Source: Chthonomonadales bacterium
Lineage (GTDB): Bacteria; Armatimonadota; Chthonomonadetes; Chthonomonadales; Chthonomonadaceae
Assembly: GCA_038217285.1 (NCBI GenBank)
Contig: JBBQPO010000028.1
Span: forward strand, 1 to 32,658
Length of the DNA stretch: 32,658 nt
Direction: 5' to 3'
Shown here: piece after piece, positions 1 through 9,112 of the stretch
How positions within the stretch are numbered: position 1 is the stretch's first letter
How the letters are laid out: each line of letters begins with the position of its first letter
Notes under the pieces: model-generated
Told to the model about the DNA's origin: nothing
What the model saw: only the letters and a program-made list of their open reading frames with translations
Databases searched by the model: none
Program-made: the position numbers and the translations under genes

Positions 1-408
1 TGCGCTCCACATGTCTCGCAGTACGCTGCCCTGGAAGCGCTGGACAACGCCGAGCCCGATGTCGAGGCGATGGTCAGTGAATACGACCGGCGACGGCGCC
101 TCTTCGTGAACGGCCTCAACGAGATCGGCCTGGACTGCTACGAGCCGCGTGGCGCCTTCTACGCCTTTCCCTCGATTCGGCGCACCGGGCTGAGTTCGGA
201 AGAGTTCGCAGAGCGTCTGCTCATGGAAGAACGCGTTGCGGTGGTGCCGGGACCGGCATTTGGACCGTCGGGGGAGGGCCACGTGCGCTGCTCTTATGCC
301 ACGGCCCTGCCGCTCCTGGAGCAAGCGTTGGAACGAATGGGGCGTTTCGTGCGTCGTATGACCCAGACAAGCACGGAAGCCGATGCAGTGGCCGGTACGC
401 GCAGGTGA
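1..408 (+). CDS. PLP-dependent aminotransferase class I/II, C-terminal part (5' truncated by window)
   Basis: Frame is open from position 1 (CAPHVSQYAALEAL...). It contains PRGAFYAF, VAVVPGPAFG and GEGHVRCSYA, typical C-terminal motifs of aspartate/class I-II aminotransferases. Confidence 0.9.
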   Translation, partial: CAPHVSQYAALEALDNAEPDVEAMVSEYDRRRRLFVNGLNEIGLDCYEPRGAFYAFPSIRRTGLSSEEFAERLLMEERVAVVPGPAFGPSGEGHVRCSYATALPLLEQALERMGRFVRRMTQTSTEADAVAGTRR

Positions 409-1046
409 GAGTCGGCGCGGCTCAGCCGCTGGTTCTGCTGTTCTCGCTGCTCGGCGCAGGCGTTCTCGCAGGCCCCGGACGCGCGGATCGCGTGGTGCTC
501 GCACCGTCTGCGGAGACGCTTCTCCCCAATACGGCCAGGATACAGTTTCTCCTGGGCGCGAAGCCGGAAGAGGCCAATCGGCTCTGGCTGAACTACGGGT
601 CGCCGGGCGGTATCGAGTTGGAGATGGAACGTCTCGAACTTCATACCGAAGCGAAGAAACGGTATTCGTTCAACATCGAGTATCCGATCCTACCGGATTT
701 TGGCGCGGCGCCGGCCATCGCGGTCGGGGTGCGCGACCTGACGGGGACGGGCATCGAACATGGAGCGTTCTATGCGACCGTCACCCACTCATTTCCGCTT
801 TCGGAGCGGGTTTATAAGCTGATGCGATCTTTCAAAGCGAGCGGCGGGCTTGGGACGGGACGTATTGGCGGGCCGTTCGCGGGGTTCGAAGCGCGATTCG
901 GAACCGACCTGGGCGTTCATGCCGAGATCTATCGACATCGACCGAATGTCGGGGTCTCTCTGCGGATGGCACGCCATCTGCAGGCCAATGCCTTCAGCCT
1001 CGACGGCTCCGTCTACTACGGATTGTCCTATTCGATCACGCACTAA
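405..1046 (+). CDS. Hypothetical exported protein, probably beta-strand rich (outer-membrane barrel-like)
   Basis: GTGA overlap with the upstream stop; signal-peptide-like N-terminus ending GRA-D; alternating hydrophobic strands; C-terminal VYYGLSY. Confidence 0.65.
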   Translation: MRVGAAQPLVLLFSLLGAGVLAGPGRADRVVLAPSAETLLPNTARIQFLLGAKPEEANRLWLNYGSPGGIELEMERLELHTEAKKRYSFNIEYPILPDFGAAPAIAVGVRDLTGTGIEHGAFYATVTHSFPLSERVYKLMRSFKASGGLGTGRIGGPFAGFEARFGTDLGVHAEIYRHRPNVGVSLRMARHLQANAFSLDGSVYYGLSYSITH

Positions 1047-1088
1047 GATCGGTTGCATCCGAAAAATCTAAAACATACGGAACGAACT

Positions 1089-2270
1089 ATGTCCTCTTCC
1101 AACAGCGAAAATCGGCGTGTGGTGCTCATCAAGAGCCTGCACACGAACAACAGGTTCTACGCGCTCGTAGAACCGGATCGCGGTATACGCAATGCCGATG
1201 CGATTGAAAATATTCCGCCCGATCTTCTTCTCGGGATCGCCTATCCCTGTCTGGAAGACGGCCTGAACGATTTCGCTGTCATCCGCACCACATTCGAAAC
1301 CCTCGACCTCTTTCCCGACGACGATCCCATTCGCGAAGAGATGATGGAGATCGTCAACGATGCCCGTGGCAATCTGCTGCGTCGCCTGCACGAGCTTCAC
1401 GACAAGATCGCGTCGAGCCGCGCTCATTTTCTCGGCACCGACTACGATGAGTTCAAATCCTATGCGATGAACCTTGTTCACCGCGGCTATCCGCGTCGTA
1501 ACCTCGACAACATGATGAAGCTGAACGTGTTCAGTTCCGTCGCCGACGCGGAGGGGCACGACGCCAACAGCGACCTGAACTATTTTTTCGAGTTTCAATA
1601 CACCGATGGCGAGGCCCTTGCGGCGATTCCGGCCCGACAGTTCATCGTCGGGCTTTTCGCCGAAGTGATCCGCAGCGTCCAGGACGACACGAACTATACG
1701 GGCAAATACCCGTTCGATAAGAATGTGTTCCAGAAGTTCATCGCGGTCATGTTTGTCAACTACGCGACCACCAACCCGATGTTCTATGGGATCAACAAGG
1801 GCGATTACGGTGTCTCCAGCGACAAGAATATGGACGAGACCCCGCTCTACAAGGCGATCCGCAAAGAGCTGCTGGAGATCGAAGCGCTTCTCCAGGAAGA
1901 GGCCAACCCCTTTTCCGGCGCTCCGGTCGTCGCCACGCCCGACCAGACGATGGGAATGCCCGACTTTGCCAGTGCGACGCCCTTGCCGATCGGTGAGGTG
2001 CCCGATCCCCTGGCCGAGAGTACGACCTTGCATGGCCGCGTGTCGTTCGAGCAGGCCGGAGCAATGCTCCCCCACGAGCTGATCAACGAAGAGGTGCTGC
2101 TGGGCCCGATCACGTCGCTCTGCTCCGCCGCCCAACTGCTGATGCGCAAAAACGACCCGGAGACCCAGCGCTTCGCCCGCGTTATTCTGGCCGACGCCTC
2201 GAAACTGGTGGATGAGCTGAAACGGCTTGGAATCGTGTCGCCTCTGGCGAATGATCCCGGATCTTGTTGA
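1089..2270 (+). CDS. Hypothetical protein with degenerate HisKA/DHp-like C-terminal helices
   Basis: Long ORF with host-like GC-ending codons; ATG 1089 preferred over TTG 1053; C-terminal HELINEEVLLGPITSLCSAAQLL...DPETQRFARVILADASKL; followed by a terminator. Confidence 0.8.
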   Translation: MSSSNSENRRVVLIKSLHTNNRFYALVEPDRGIRNADAIENIPPDLLLGIAYPCLEDGLNDFAVIRTTFETLDLFPDDDPIREEMMEIVNDARGNLLRRLHELHDKIASSRAHFLGTDYDEFKSYAMNLVHRGYPRRNLDNMMKLNVFSSVADAEGHDANSDLNYFFEFQYTDGEALAAIPARQFIVGLFAEVIRSVQDDTNYTGKYPFDKNVFQKFIAVMFVNYATTNPMFYGINKGDYGVSSDKNMDETPLYKAIRKELLEIEALLQEEANPFSGAPVVATPDQTMGMPDFASATPLPIGEVPDPLAESTTLHGRVSFEQAGAMLPHELINEEVLLGPITSLCSAAQLLMRKNDPETQRFARVILADASKLVDELKRLGIVSPLANDPGSC

Positions 2271-2297
2271 TCTCGAAAATACGCAGGATGCGCACAG

Positions 2298-2326
2298 AGG
2301 GAAAAGTCACGTACTTTTCCCTTTTT
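2298..2326 (+). terminator. Rho-independent terminator
   Basis: Perfect 10-bp stem AGGGAAAAGT-cacgt-ACTTTTCCCT followed by a T run, 27 nt after the stop at 2270. Confidence 0.75.
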
Positions 2327-2373
2327 CATGTGGCGACCAGGGAAAGAGGCGCGGCAGGGCTTTGATGCAACGC

Positions 2374-2403
2374 TTGACAAAGCTTGCAGACAGAAGCTAA
2401 AAT
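2374..2403 (+). promoter_or_regulatory. Sigma70-type promoter candidate upstream of the hopanoid cluster
   Basis: TTGACA (2374-2379), 18-nt spacer, TAAAAT (2398-2403) in an intergenic region after a terminator. Confidence 0.6.
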
Positions 2404-2795
2404 AATCCATCTTCTCTCTGGCAATTGAGGCGATGGTGAGCCGCGCCACGACGCGTACAGGGCACTCATTCGATACGGCAGGACGCTGAAAGACGCGCTG
2501 CAGCAGACAATGGGATGTGCCGGTGCAGAGTGTGGCTCGTTTTTTACGTGGCGGATGCCGCCGCCTCGCCTACGCTGACCTGCCTGTCGATCCATGCTCC
2601 GGATCTCTGCCCGGCCGGTATCTACCATCAGACAGGCTCTCTCGGCATGACTGCACAAAATAGTTTTTCTCTGTGCAGCGGCGCATTGTTGTGTTTCCGG
2701 AACCAATCCCTGAACAACCAGGTTCGTGATAGTATGGAAAATCAGGACGGAGTTCGGAGACTCAACGGCCCGAAAACCCTTCGGACGGTGAATCG

Positions 2796-4865
2796 TTGAA
2801 GACGCGCGTAGAACTTACACAACCAACTATCATAGATCAGGCTGTCATCACCGCTCCGCAGGTGACTCTGCGGAGTTCCCGCTATGGGGGTTCTCTCAGC
2901 TCCGTGCGTACCGCGATCCGTTCGGCCCAGCGCTATCTGCTGGATCGGCAGGAGCCGGACGGCTACTGGGTGGGGGAGCTGGAGGGGGACACCATTCTGG
3001 AGAGCGAGTATATCTTGCTGCTCCAGTTTCTGGGCAGACGCGATCTGGTCAAATTCCGCAAGCTAGCCGTCTACATTCGGCGTGGACAGCATCCGGATGG
3101 CTACTGGTCGATCTATCCCGGCGGGCCCTCCGACGTCAGCGCCTCGGTGAAAGCTTACTTCGCCTGTAAGCTGGCCGGCTATTCGGGGAACGAACCGTTC
3201 ATGCGCAGGGCGCGGCGCGCCATTCTGGAGCAGGGCGGCGTCACCCACTGCAACACCTTCACCAAACTCTACCTCTCCATGTTCGGGCAGTACGACTGGC
3301 AGGGTGTGCCCACCATCCCTCCGGAAGCCGTGCTAATGCCGAAATGGTTCTACTTCAACATCTACAATATGTCGTCCTGGTCGCGCGCCATCCTGGTGCC
3401 GCTGGCCGTGATGAACGCCACCCGACCGCAGCGCCCCATCCCCGATAACGCGCACATCGATGAGCTATTCGTGGACGGGCGCGACCGCAAGCGCATGCGC
3501 CTGATGTGGGACAAGAAGCCGATCACCTGGCGCAATGTCTTTCTGGTGATCGACAAGCTGCTCAAGCTCTACGATGCCAGCCCCGTCAAGCCGTTCCGTA
3601 AACTGGCCCTGGAGCGCTCCCTGCGCTGGCTGCTGGAGCGTGAAGAGAACAGCGGCGGCCTGGGCGCCATCTTCCCCGCGATGACCCACGCCATCATGGC
3701 CTACAAATGTATGGGCCTGCCCGACAATCATCCCGCGATCTGCCGGGAGTTGGCAGAGCTGGCCGCCTTTGAGATCGAAGAGGGCGACACCATCCGAATG
3801 CAGCCCTGCGTCTCACCCATCTGGGACACCGCTCTCGTCATCAACTCGCTGATAGACAGCGGCTGGCCCGCCGACAGCGACGCGGTTCGCCAGGCGGCGG
3901 AGTGGCTGCTCTCCAAGCAGACCACGAAAAAGGGCGACTGGGCGGTGAAAGTGCCGAATGTGGAGCCTGGCGGATGGTACTTCGAGATGGAGAACGAGTA
4001 CTACCCCGATGTGGACGACACGATCATGGTGCTGATGGGCCTCTATAAAGCCTACTGCCCCGGCGGGGAGCACTGGACGGAGGCGCCTGAGCATGTCCGC
4101 ACGTCGATGCGGAAGGGCTTGGACTGGGTGTTCGCCATGCAAAACAAAGACGGCGGCTGGGGCAGCTTCGATAAGGATAACAATAAGACGCTGTTCCAGT
4201 ATGTGCCCTATGCCGACCACAACGCCATGCTCGACCCCTCCTCCGCCGACATCACGGCGCGTACCCTGGAGATGTGCTCTTATTTCAGCATCGGCAAGAG
4301 CGACCCTCGTGTGCGTCGAGCCATCGCCTACCTCTATCGGGAGCAGGAAGAGGACGGCTCCTGGTTCGGACGGTGGGGCGTCAACTATCTGTACGGAACC
4401 TGGCAGGTGCTGCGCGGTCTGGCCTGCATCGGCGAGGATATGAAGTGTCCGCGCATTCAGCGCGCCGCGCGCTGGCTGCACTCTGTGCAGAACGAGGACG
4501 GCGGCTGGGGAGAGACGTGCGCCTCCTATGTACCGGACCATCCGAAAGCCGACGGTCCCTCTACGCCCTCACAGACGGCCTGGGCCCTGATGGGGCTGTT
4601 CAACGCAGGCGACCTCGACAGCCCCTTTGTGAAGCGGGGAGTCGACTACCTGATCAACGGTCAGGACGCGAACGGGACCTGGGAAGAGGAGTGGTTCACC
4701 GGTACGGGCTTTCCGCGCGTCTTCTACCTGCGTTACCACTACTATAAACACTACTTCCCACTCTGGGCGCTGGCGCAGTATCACACCTTCACGACCGGCG
4801 AGCCGCCCGACACGAAGACGGAAGAACTCGCTGCCAGCGGACGCTTCGCCAACCTGGAAGTCTAA
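2796..4865 (+). CDS. shc: Squalene-hopene cyclase
   Basis: YPDVDDT (DxDD) catalytic motif; several QW-type repeats (QEPDGYW, QNKDGGW, QNEDGGW, QDANGTW); GTGFPRVFYLRY; SPIWDT. Exact start uncertain (TTG). Confidence 0.97.
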   Translation: MKTRVELTQPTIIDQAVITAPQVTLRSSRYGGSLSSVRTAIRSAQRYLLDRQEPDGYWVGELEGDTILESEYILLLQFLGRRDLVKFRKLAVYIRRGQHPDGYWSIYPGGPSDVSASVKAYFACKLAGYSGNEPFMRRARRAILEQGGVTHCNTFTKLYLSMFGQYDWQGVPTIPPEAVLMPKWFYFNIYNMSSWSRAILVPLAVMNATRPQRPIPDNAHIDELFVDGRDRKRMRLMWDKKPITWRNVFLVIDKLLKLYDASPVKPFRKLALERSLRWLLEREENSGGLGAIFPAMTHAIMAYKCMGLPDNHPAICRELAELAAFEIEEGDTIRMQPCVSPIWDTALVINSLIDSGWPADSDAVRQAAEWLLSKQTTKKGDWAVKVPNVEPGGWYFEMENEYYPDVDDTIMVLMGLYKAYCPGGEHWTEAPEHVRTSMRKGLDWVFAMQNKDGGWGSFDKDNNKTLFQYVPYADHNAMLDPSSADITARTLEMCSYFSIGKSDPRVRRAIAYLYREQEEDGSWFGRWGVNYLYGTWQVLRGLACIGEDMKCPRIQRAARWLHSVQNEDGGWGETCASYVPDHPKADGPSTPSQTAWALMGLFNAGDLDSPFVKRGVDYLINGQDANGTWEEEWFTGTGFPRVFYLRYHYYKHYFPLWALAQYHTFTTGEPPDTKTEELAASGRFANLEV

Positions 4866-4907
4866 GGCGGCCCTGTAGTCGGGTATACTCTTCGCGTTGA
4901 TGACGAT

Positions 4908-6056
4908 TTGCGGAGGAGAGAGACGACGGACGACGCAAGCGTACCGCAGGGGCCGACCGGAACACTCGAAGACCTGACCAGGCGCGGTCAGGACAACAAT
5001 TTCGATAGCCTGCGCCTGTTCTGGGCCGTGCTGGTGTTGTTCTCGCACTGTTTCGCATTGCCGCAGGGCGGCAATGCGAATGAACCGCTGGCCGTACTGA
5101 CCAACGCGCAGACGACGTTCGGCAGCCTGGCGGTAGACGCCTTCTTTGTCATCAGCGGGTTTCTGATCGCGCAGAGCTGGCTTCGCAGTCAGGGGCAGGC
5201 CGACTATCTGCGCAAGCGTGTGCGGCGCATCTATCCGGGCTTTCTCGTCGCAGCCCTGTTTTGTGTAGGGATCGTGGGGCCTCTGGCCTCCGATTCGGTA
5301 ACGGTGTATCTGCGGGCGTTCCATCCGATGCTGTTGGTACGGTTCGTCTGGAGCGTTCTGACGTTGAGCCAGTTGGCGCTCCCGCCGGTTTTTATGCATC
5401 TGCCCTCTCACGGCGAGGTCAACGGCTCCCTCTGGACGATCCGCTACGAGTTCTGGTGTTACTTGCTCTTGGCCGCGCTCGGGGGGCTGGGACTACTGCG
5501 GCGGCGCGGAGCGGTGGCGGGCCTGTTTTTTGCTGTCCTGCTGCTCCATACGGCGCAGGAGTGGTTTTATCCGGGCATCGGGCAGGGCAACGATGCCTAC
5601 AAAGTGGGCCTGATGCACGGCCTGGAGCTTCCGCTGCTCGGTAACCTGGACCGTTGGCCGCGTCTGCTGGCCTTCTTTCTGGCCGGAACCGTCTGTTATC
5701 TCTACCGAGAGCGCCTTCCGCGTTCCCCGCGACTGGCGGTGGCGTCTGTGCTTCTGCTCGCGCTCTGCGTCCGCTGGGGCCTGAACGCAATGCTGCCGCT
5801 CTGCGGAACCTACCTGCTGCTCTACGCCGCCGGCAGCCCGATCCACTTTGGCAAAGCGCTCACGCAGCGCGCCGACCTGTCTTATGGCATCTATCTCTAT
5901 GCCTATCCTGTGCAGCAGTTACTGATCCAGTTCCTGGGGGTGCAGATCAACCCGTTCGTGCTGTTCGTCCTGGCGGTTCCGACCGTCGCCGCCCTGGCAT
6001 GGCTGAGTTGGAAGCTGGTGGAACAGCCGGTCCTGCACCGCAAGAAGCAGACCTGA
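4908..6056 (+). CDS. Acyltransferase family 3 (OafA/YrhL-like) membrane O-acyltransferase
   Basis: NNFDSLRL...SH, AVDAFFVISGFLI, RVRRIYP, NGSLWTIRYE, DLSYGIYLYAYP and SWKLVEQP motifs; many TM helices. Start codon uncertain. Confidence 0.92.
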   Translation: MRRRETTDDASVPQGPTGTLEDLTRRGQDNNFDSLRLFWAVLVLFSHCFALPQGGNANEPLAVLTNAQTTFGSLAVDAFFVISGFLIAQSWLRSQGQADYLRKRVRRIYPGFLVAALFCVGIVGPLASDSVTVYLRAFHPMLLVRFVWSVLTLSQLALPPVFMHLPSHGEVNGSLWTIRYEFWCYLLLAALGGLGLLRRRGAVAGLFFAVLLLHTAQEWFYPGIGQGNDAYKVGLMHGLELPLLGNLDRWPRLLAFFLAGTVCYLYRERLPRSPRLAVASVLLLALCVRWGLNAMLPLCGTYLLLYAAGSPIHFGKALTQRADLSYGIYLYAYPVQQLLIQFLGVQINPFVLFVLAVPTVAALAWLSWKLVEQPVLHRKKQT

Positions 6057-6115
6057 CGACCTATCCGGGCTACGGCCCTTTCGTTTGCAGTGACAGAGAA
6101 GGAGTTACTATCGCG

Positions 6116-7120
6116 ATGCGTTACCCTATCGGTTTCACGATGGCACAGGCCAAATATCGGCATAAAATGGAGCGAAGCGGGCAGAAACGGTATCCGGGCG
6201 TCGTCATGCTCGAACCGCTCTATACCTGCAACCTGGCCTGCCTCGGCTGTTCCATCGAGCGGCACACCGGCAAACTCAAGGACCGCATGTCGCTGGAAAC
6301 CTGCTTCAAAGCAGTGGAAGACTGCGGCGCGCCGATCGTAAACATCTGCGGGGGCGAGCCGACCCTCTATCCGGAACTGCCGCAACTGATCTCCGGCCTC
6401 ACCGATCGCGGCAAGTATATCATTCTCTGCACCAACGCCCTGAAACTGGAAGAGAAAATCCTGAATGTCATTCCGCCGAGCGACAACCTTTTCCTGATGA
6501 TCCACCTCGACGGAATGCGCGAGACTCACGACTATGTCTGCAACCGCAAAGGCGTTTTCGATCACGCGGTCGAAATGATTAAAAAGGCCCGCGACCTCGG
6601 TTTCCTCACCTTCATCAACACCACCGTCTTCAAGGAGACCTCTGTGGAAGAGGTCGAGGATATGTGCAAGCTCGTCAACGAACTGCGCGCCAATGGCATC
6701 CTGATCTCCCCCGGCTACGAGTACGAAAGCGTTCAGAGCGACGTATTCCTGTCGAAAGAGCAGATCCACGAGAAGTTCAAGGCCATTCGTGAGTTCGCGC
6801 CAAAGTACAAGGTCAACGCCACCCCGATGTTCTTGGAGTTCGCGGCCGGCATGCGCGAACTGCCCTGCGCCCCCTGGTCTACGGTCAACTACACGCCGAA
6901 GGGCTGGAAGGCTCCCTGTTACCTTGTCGAAGGAGAGGGCTACTACGACGATTGGCAGACCTTCTGGAACGATACCAACTGGGAGTACTGGGAATCGCGC
7001 CTCGATGCCCGCTGCCAGAACTGCAAGATGCACAGCGGCTTCGAGCATAGCGCCGTCGAAGAGTCCATGAAGACGGTCAAGGGCACCCTCCAACTCGCCG
7101 CCTGGACCTTATCGAAATAA
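6116..7120 (+). CDS. hpnH: Adenosyl-hopene transferase, radical SAM protein HpnH
   Basis: MLEPLYTCNLACLGC (CxxxCxxC), GGEP, and C-terminal RCQNCKMHSGFE. AAGGAG RBS precedes ATG 6116, so the 5654 start in the ORF track is an over-extension. Lies in the shc cluster. Confidence 0.92.
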   Translation: MRYPIGFTMAQAKYRHKMERSGQKRYPGVVMLEPLYTCNLACLGCSIERHTGKLKDRMSLETCFKAVEDCGAPIVNICGGEPTLYPELPQLISGLTDRGKYIILCTNALKLEEKILNVIPPSDNLFLMIHLDGMRETHDYVCNRKGVFDHAVEMIKKARDLGFLTFINTTVFKETSVEEVEDMCKLVNELRANGILISPGYEYESVQSDVFLSKEQIHEKFKAIREFAPKYKVNATPMFLEFAAGMRELPCAPWSTVNYTPKGWKAPCYLVEGEGYYDDWQTFWNDTNWEYWESRLDARCQNCKMHSGFEHSAVEESMKTVKGTLQLAAWTLSK

Positions 7121-7142
7121 CGACAAACGTCAGGAATCCGCT

Positions 7143-8153
7143 ATGGTCGCGCTCGTAACAGGCAGTACGGGATTTGTAGGCAGCCATGTCGCGCGACTGC
7201 TGGTGGAGCGGGGGGATCGGGCGCGCCTCCTCGTGCGCAAGAGCAGTCGGATGGACAATCTGGCGGCGCTGGATGCCCGACTGGCCGAACGATTTGTCGG
7301 GGATCTGTCCGATCCGGCCTCCCTGCGCGAAGCGGTGCGTGGCTGCGAGAGCCTCTACCATGTCGCGGCGGACTATCGGCTCTGGGCCAGAGATCCGCAG
7401 GAGCTCTATCGGGCCAATGTCGAAGGCAGTCGCCAGTTGATGGCGGCCGCGCGCGAAGAGGGTATGACGCGCATCGTCTACTGCAGCACGGTCGGCGCGC
7501 TCGGTATTCCGCACGATGGCTCCCCGGGCGATGAAGAGACGCCCGTGGCCGAATCCGACATGATCGGGCACTACAAACGCTCCAAGTTTCAGGCGGAGCG
7601 CGTCGTGCAGCAGTTCGCGCAGGACGGTCTGCCGGTCGTCATCGTCAACCCGAGTACACCGGTCGGGGAGCAGGATCTGAAGCCGACTCCGACAGGCCAG
7701 ATCATCGTCGATTTTCTGAATAGACGCCTTCCCGCCTACATCGATACCGGGCTGAATCTGGTGGATGTGCGCGATGTGGCGGCGGGAATGCTGCTGGCGG
7801 CGGAACATGGGGTTCCCGGCCAACGTTATATACTTGGGAACGAAAATTTAACCCTGAAACAGATGCTGGACCTTTTGGCCGAGATCACCGGCCTGTCCGC
7901 GCCGAAGGTGCAGATGCCTTATGGCGTGGCCTGGCTGGCGGTCGGGTTGGAAAATCTGGTGGTCAGCGGACTGCTGCACCGTCCTCCCGCGCACCCGTTC
8001 GAGGGCGTGAAGATGGCGCGGCATAAGATGTTTTTCGATCCGGCCAAAGCGGTGCGGGAACTGGGACTGCCGCAATCGCCTGTGCGCGCGGCGCTGGGCC
8101 GTGCGGTAGACTGGTTTCGAGCCAATGGTTATGTTGTCACCCGCGAACGGTAG
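7143..8153 (+). CDS. hpnA: Hopanoid-associated NAD-dependent epimerase/dehydratase HpnA
   Basis: VTGSTGFVG Rossmann motif, HVAADYRLW, YKRSK (YxxxK), PSTPVG.DLKPTPTG, DTGLNLVDV; cluster context. Confidence 0.92.
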   Translation: MVALVTGSTGFVGSHVARLLVERGDRARLLVRKSSRMDNLAALDARLAERFVGDLSDPASLREAVRGCESLYHVAADYRLWARDPQELYRANVEGSRQLMAAAREEGMTRIVYCSTVGALGIPHDGSPGDEETPVAESDMIGHYKRSKFQAERVVQQFAQDGLPVVIVNPSTPVGEQDLKPTPTGQIIVDFLNRRLPAYIDTGLNLVDVRDVAAGMLLAAEHGVPGQRYILGNENLTLKQMLDLLAEITGLSAPKVQMPYGVAWLAVGLENLVVSGLLHRPPAHPFEGVKMARHKMFFDPAKAVRELGLPQSPVRAALGRAVDWFRANGYVVTRER

Positions 8154-8198
8154 GTGGCGAGCGGGCGAAACGGCGGCGACGCCGGAGGAGAGATCAAT

Positions 8199-9098
8199 TT
8201 GGAACGCATATCCAAACGTAAAATAATTATGGCCAAAGAGGTCGGGTTCTGTTTCGGCGTCAAGCGCGCCATCAACCTGACCAAACAGGCCCTTAATGAG
8301 CGCGGTGATGTCTTTATTCTCGGCGATCTCGTGCATAACAAGCGTGTTACCGATGAGCTGGAGGGCAAGGGCCTGCGCAAAGTCGAGGACTATCAGGACC
8401 AGAAAGGCACCATGGTCATCCGCGCCCACGGTCTGCCGAAGGCCAAGATTCAAGAGGCGAAGGACCAGGGCCTGGAGGTCGTAGACGCGACCTGCCCCAT
8501 CGTACTGCGGGCGCAGGAGGCGGCGCAGACGCTGGAGCGCGACGGGTATCAGGTGGTCATCATCGGGGATCGCAACCATGCCGAGATCAAAGGTATCCTG
8601 GGCGCGCTGGAGCAGCCGGCACTGGTCGTCGATAACATCGAGGAACTGCACGAGGCGAAGGCGAACTATACGCTGATGCGCAAAGTCGGCGTCATCTTCC
8701 AGACGACGCATGCGCTGGAGCTCTGCAATCAGATCGTCAACGAGATGCTGATGATGTGCAAAGAGATCCGCATCATCAACACCATCTGCCGTCCGGTGCA
8801 GAATCGTCAGGACGATGCGGTCGAGCTGGCCTCCAAGGTGCAGTTGATGGTCGTGGTCGGCTCACGGACCAGTGCGAATACCGTGGAACTCGCCGCCCTC
8901 TGCCGCAACTACAACAAGAACACGGTGCAGGTTCAGAACGCCGACGAGTTGGACTACAGTATCTTCCGTGACTGCGATATCGTCGGACTGGCCTCGGGGC
9001 TTTCGACGCCGGAAGATCTGGTAGAAGCGGTGCGCCAGAAAATTCTGTTCTATGACGCCGAGCCAGTCGCCGCTGAACCCGCGCTGGCAACGGCATAA
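8199..9098 (+). CDS. ispH: 4-hydroxy-3-methylbut-2-enyl diphosphate reductase
   Basis: GFCFGVKRA, LVHN, IRAHG, DATCP, HAE, QTT, NTIC, SANT and SGLSTP; three Fe-S cysteines present. GGAGGAG RBS 8 nt before TTG 8199 (ATG 8229 is an alternative). Confidence 0.95.
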   Translation: MERISKRKIIMAKEVGFCFGVKRAINLTKQALNERGDVFILGDLVHNKRVTDELEGKGLRKVEDYQDQKGTMVIRAHGLPKAKIQEAKDQGLEVVDATCPIVLRAQEAAQTLERDGYQVVIIGDRNHAEIKGILGALEQPALVVDNIEELHEAKANYTLMRKVGVIFQTTHALELCNQIVNEMLMMCKEIRIINTICRPVQNRQDDAVELASKVQLMVVVGSRTSANTVELAALCRNYNKNTVQVQNADELDYSIFRDCDIVGLASGLSTPEDLVEAVRQKILFYDAEPVAAEPALATA

Positions 9099-9112
9099 GG
9101 ACGCCTGCCGCC

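Noticed and set aside
2429-2505. Fluoride (crcB) riboswitch-like GGCGATGG...CGCC...GCTGAAGAC
   Set aside because: The loop is too long, the pseudoknot strands (GGTGA vs ACGCG) do not pair, GCUGAUGA is not matched, and the downstream gene is not fluoride-related.
2515-2799. 94-aa ORF upstream of shc as a real gene
   Set aside because: Cys-rich atypical composition, no convincing RBS or motif; only its last 21 codons are kept as a speculative leader ORF.
5654-6115. N-terminal extension of HpnH in the 488-aa ORF
   Set aside because: It overlaps the acyltransferase in another frame, has low-complexity Arg/Ala/Pro content, and a good RBS precedes ATG 6116.
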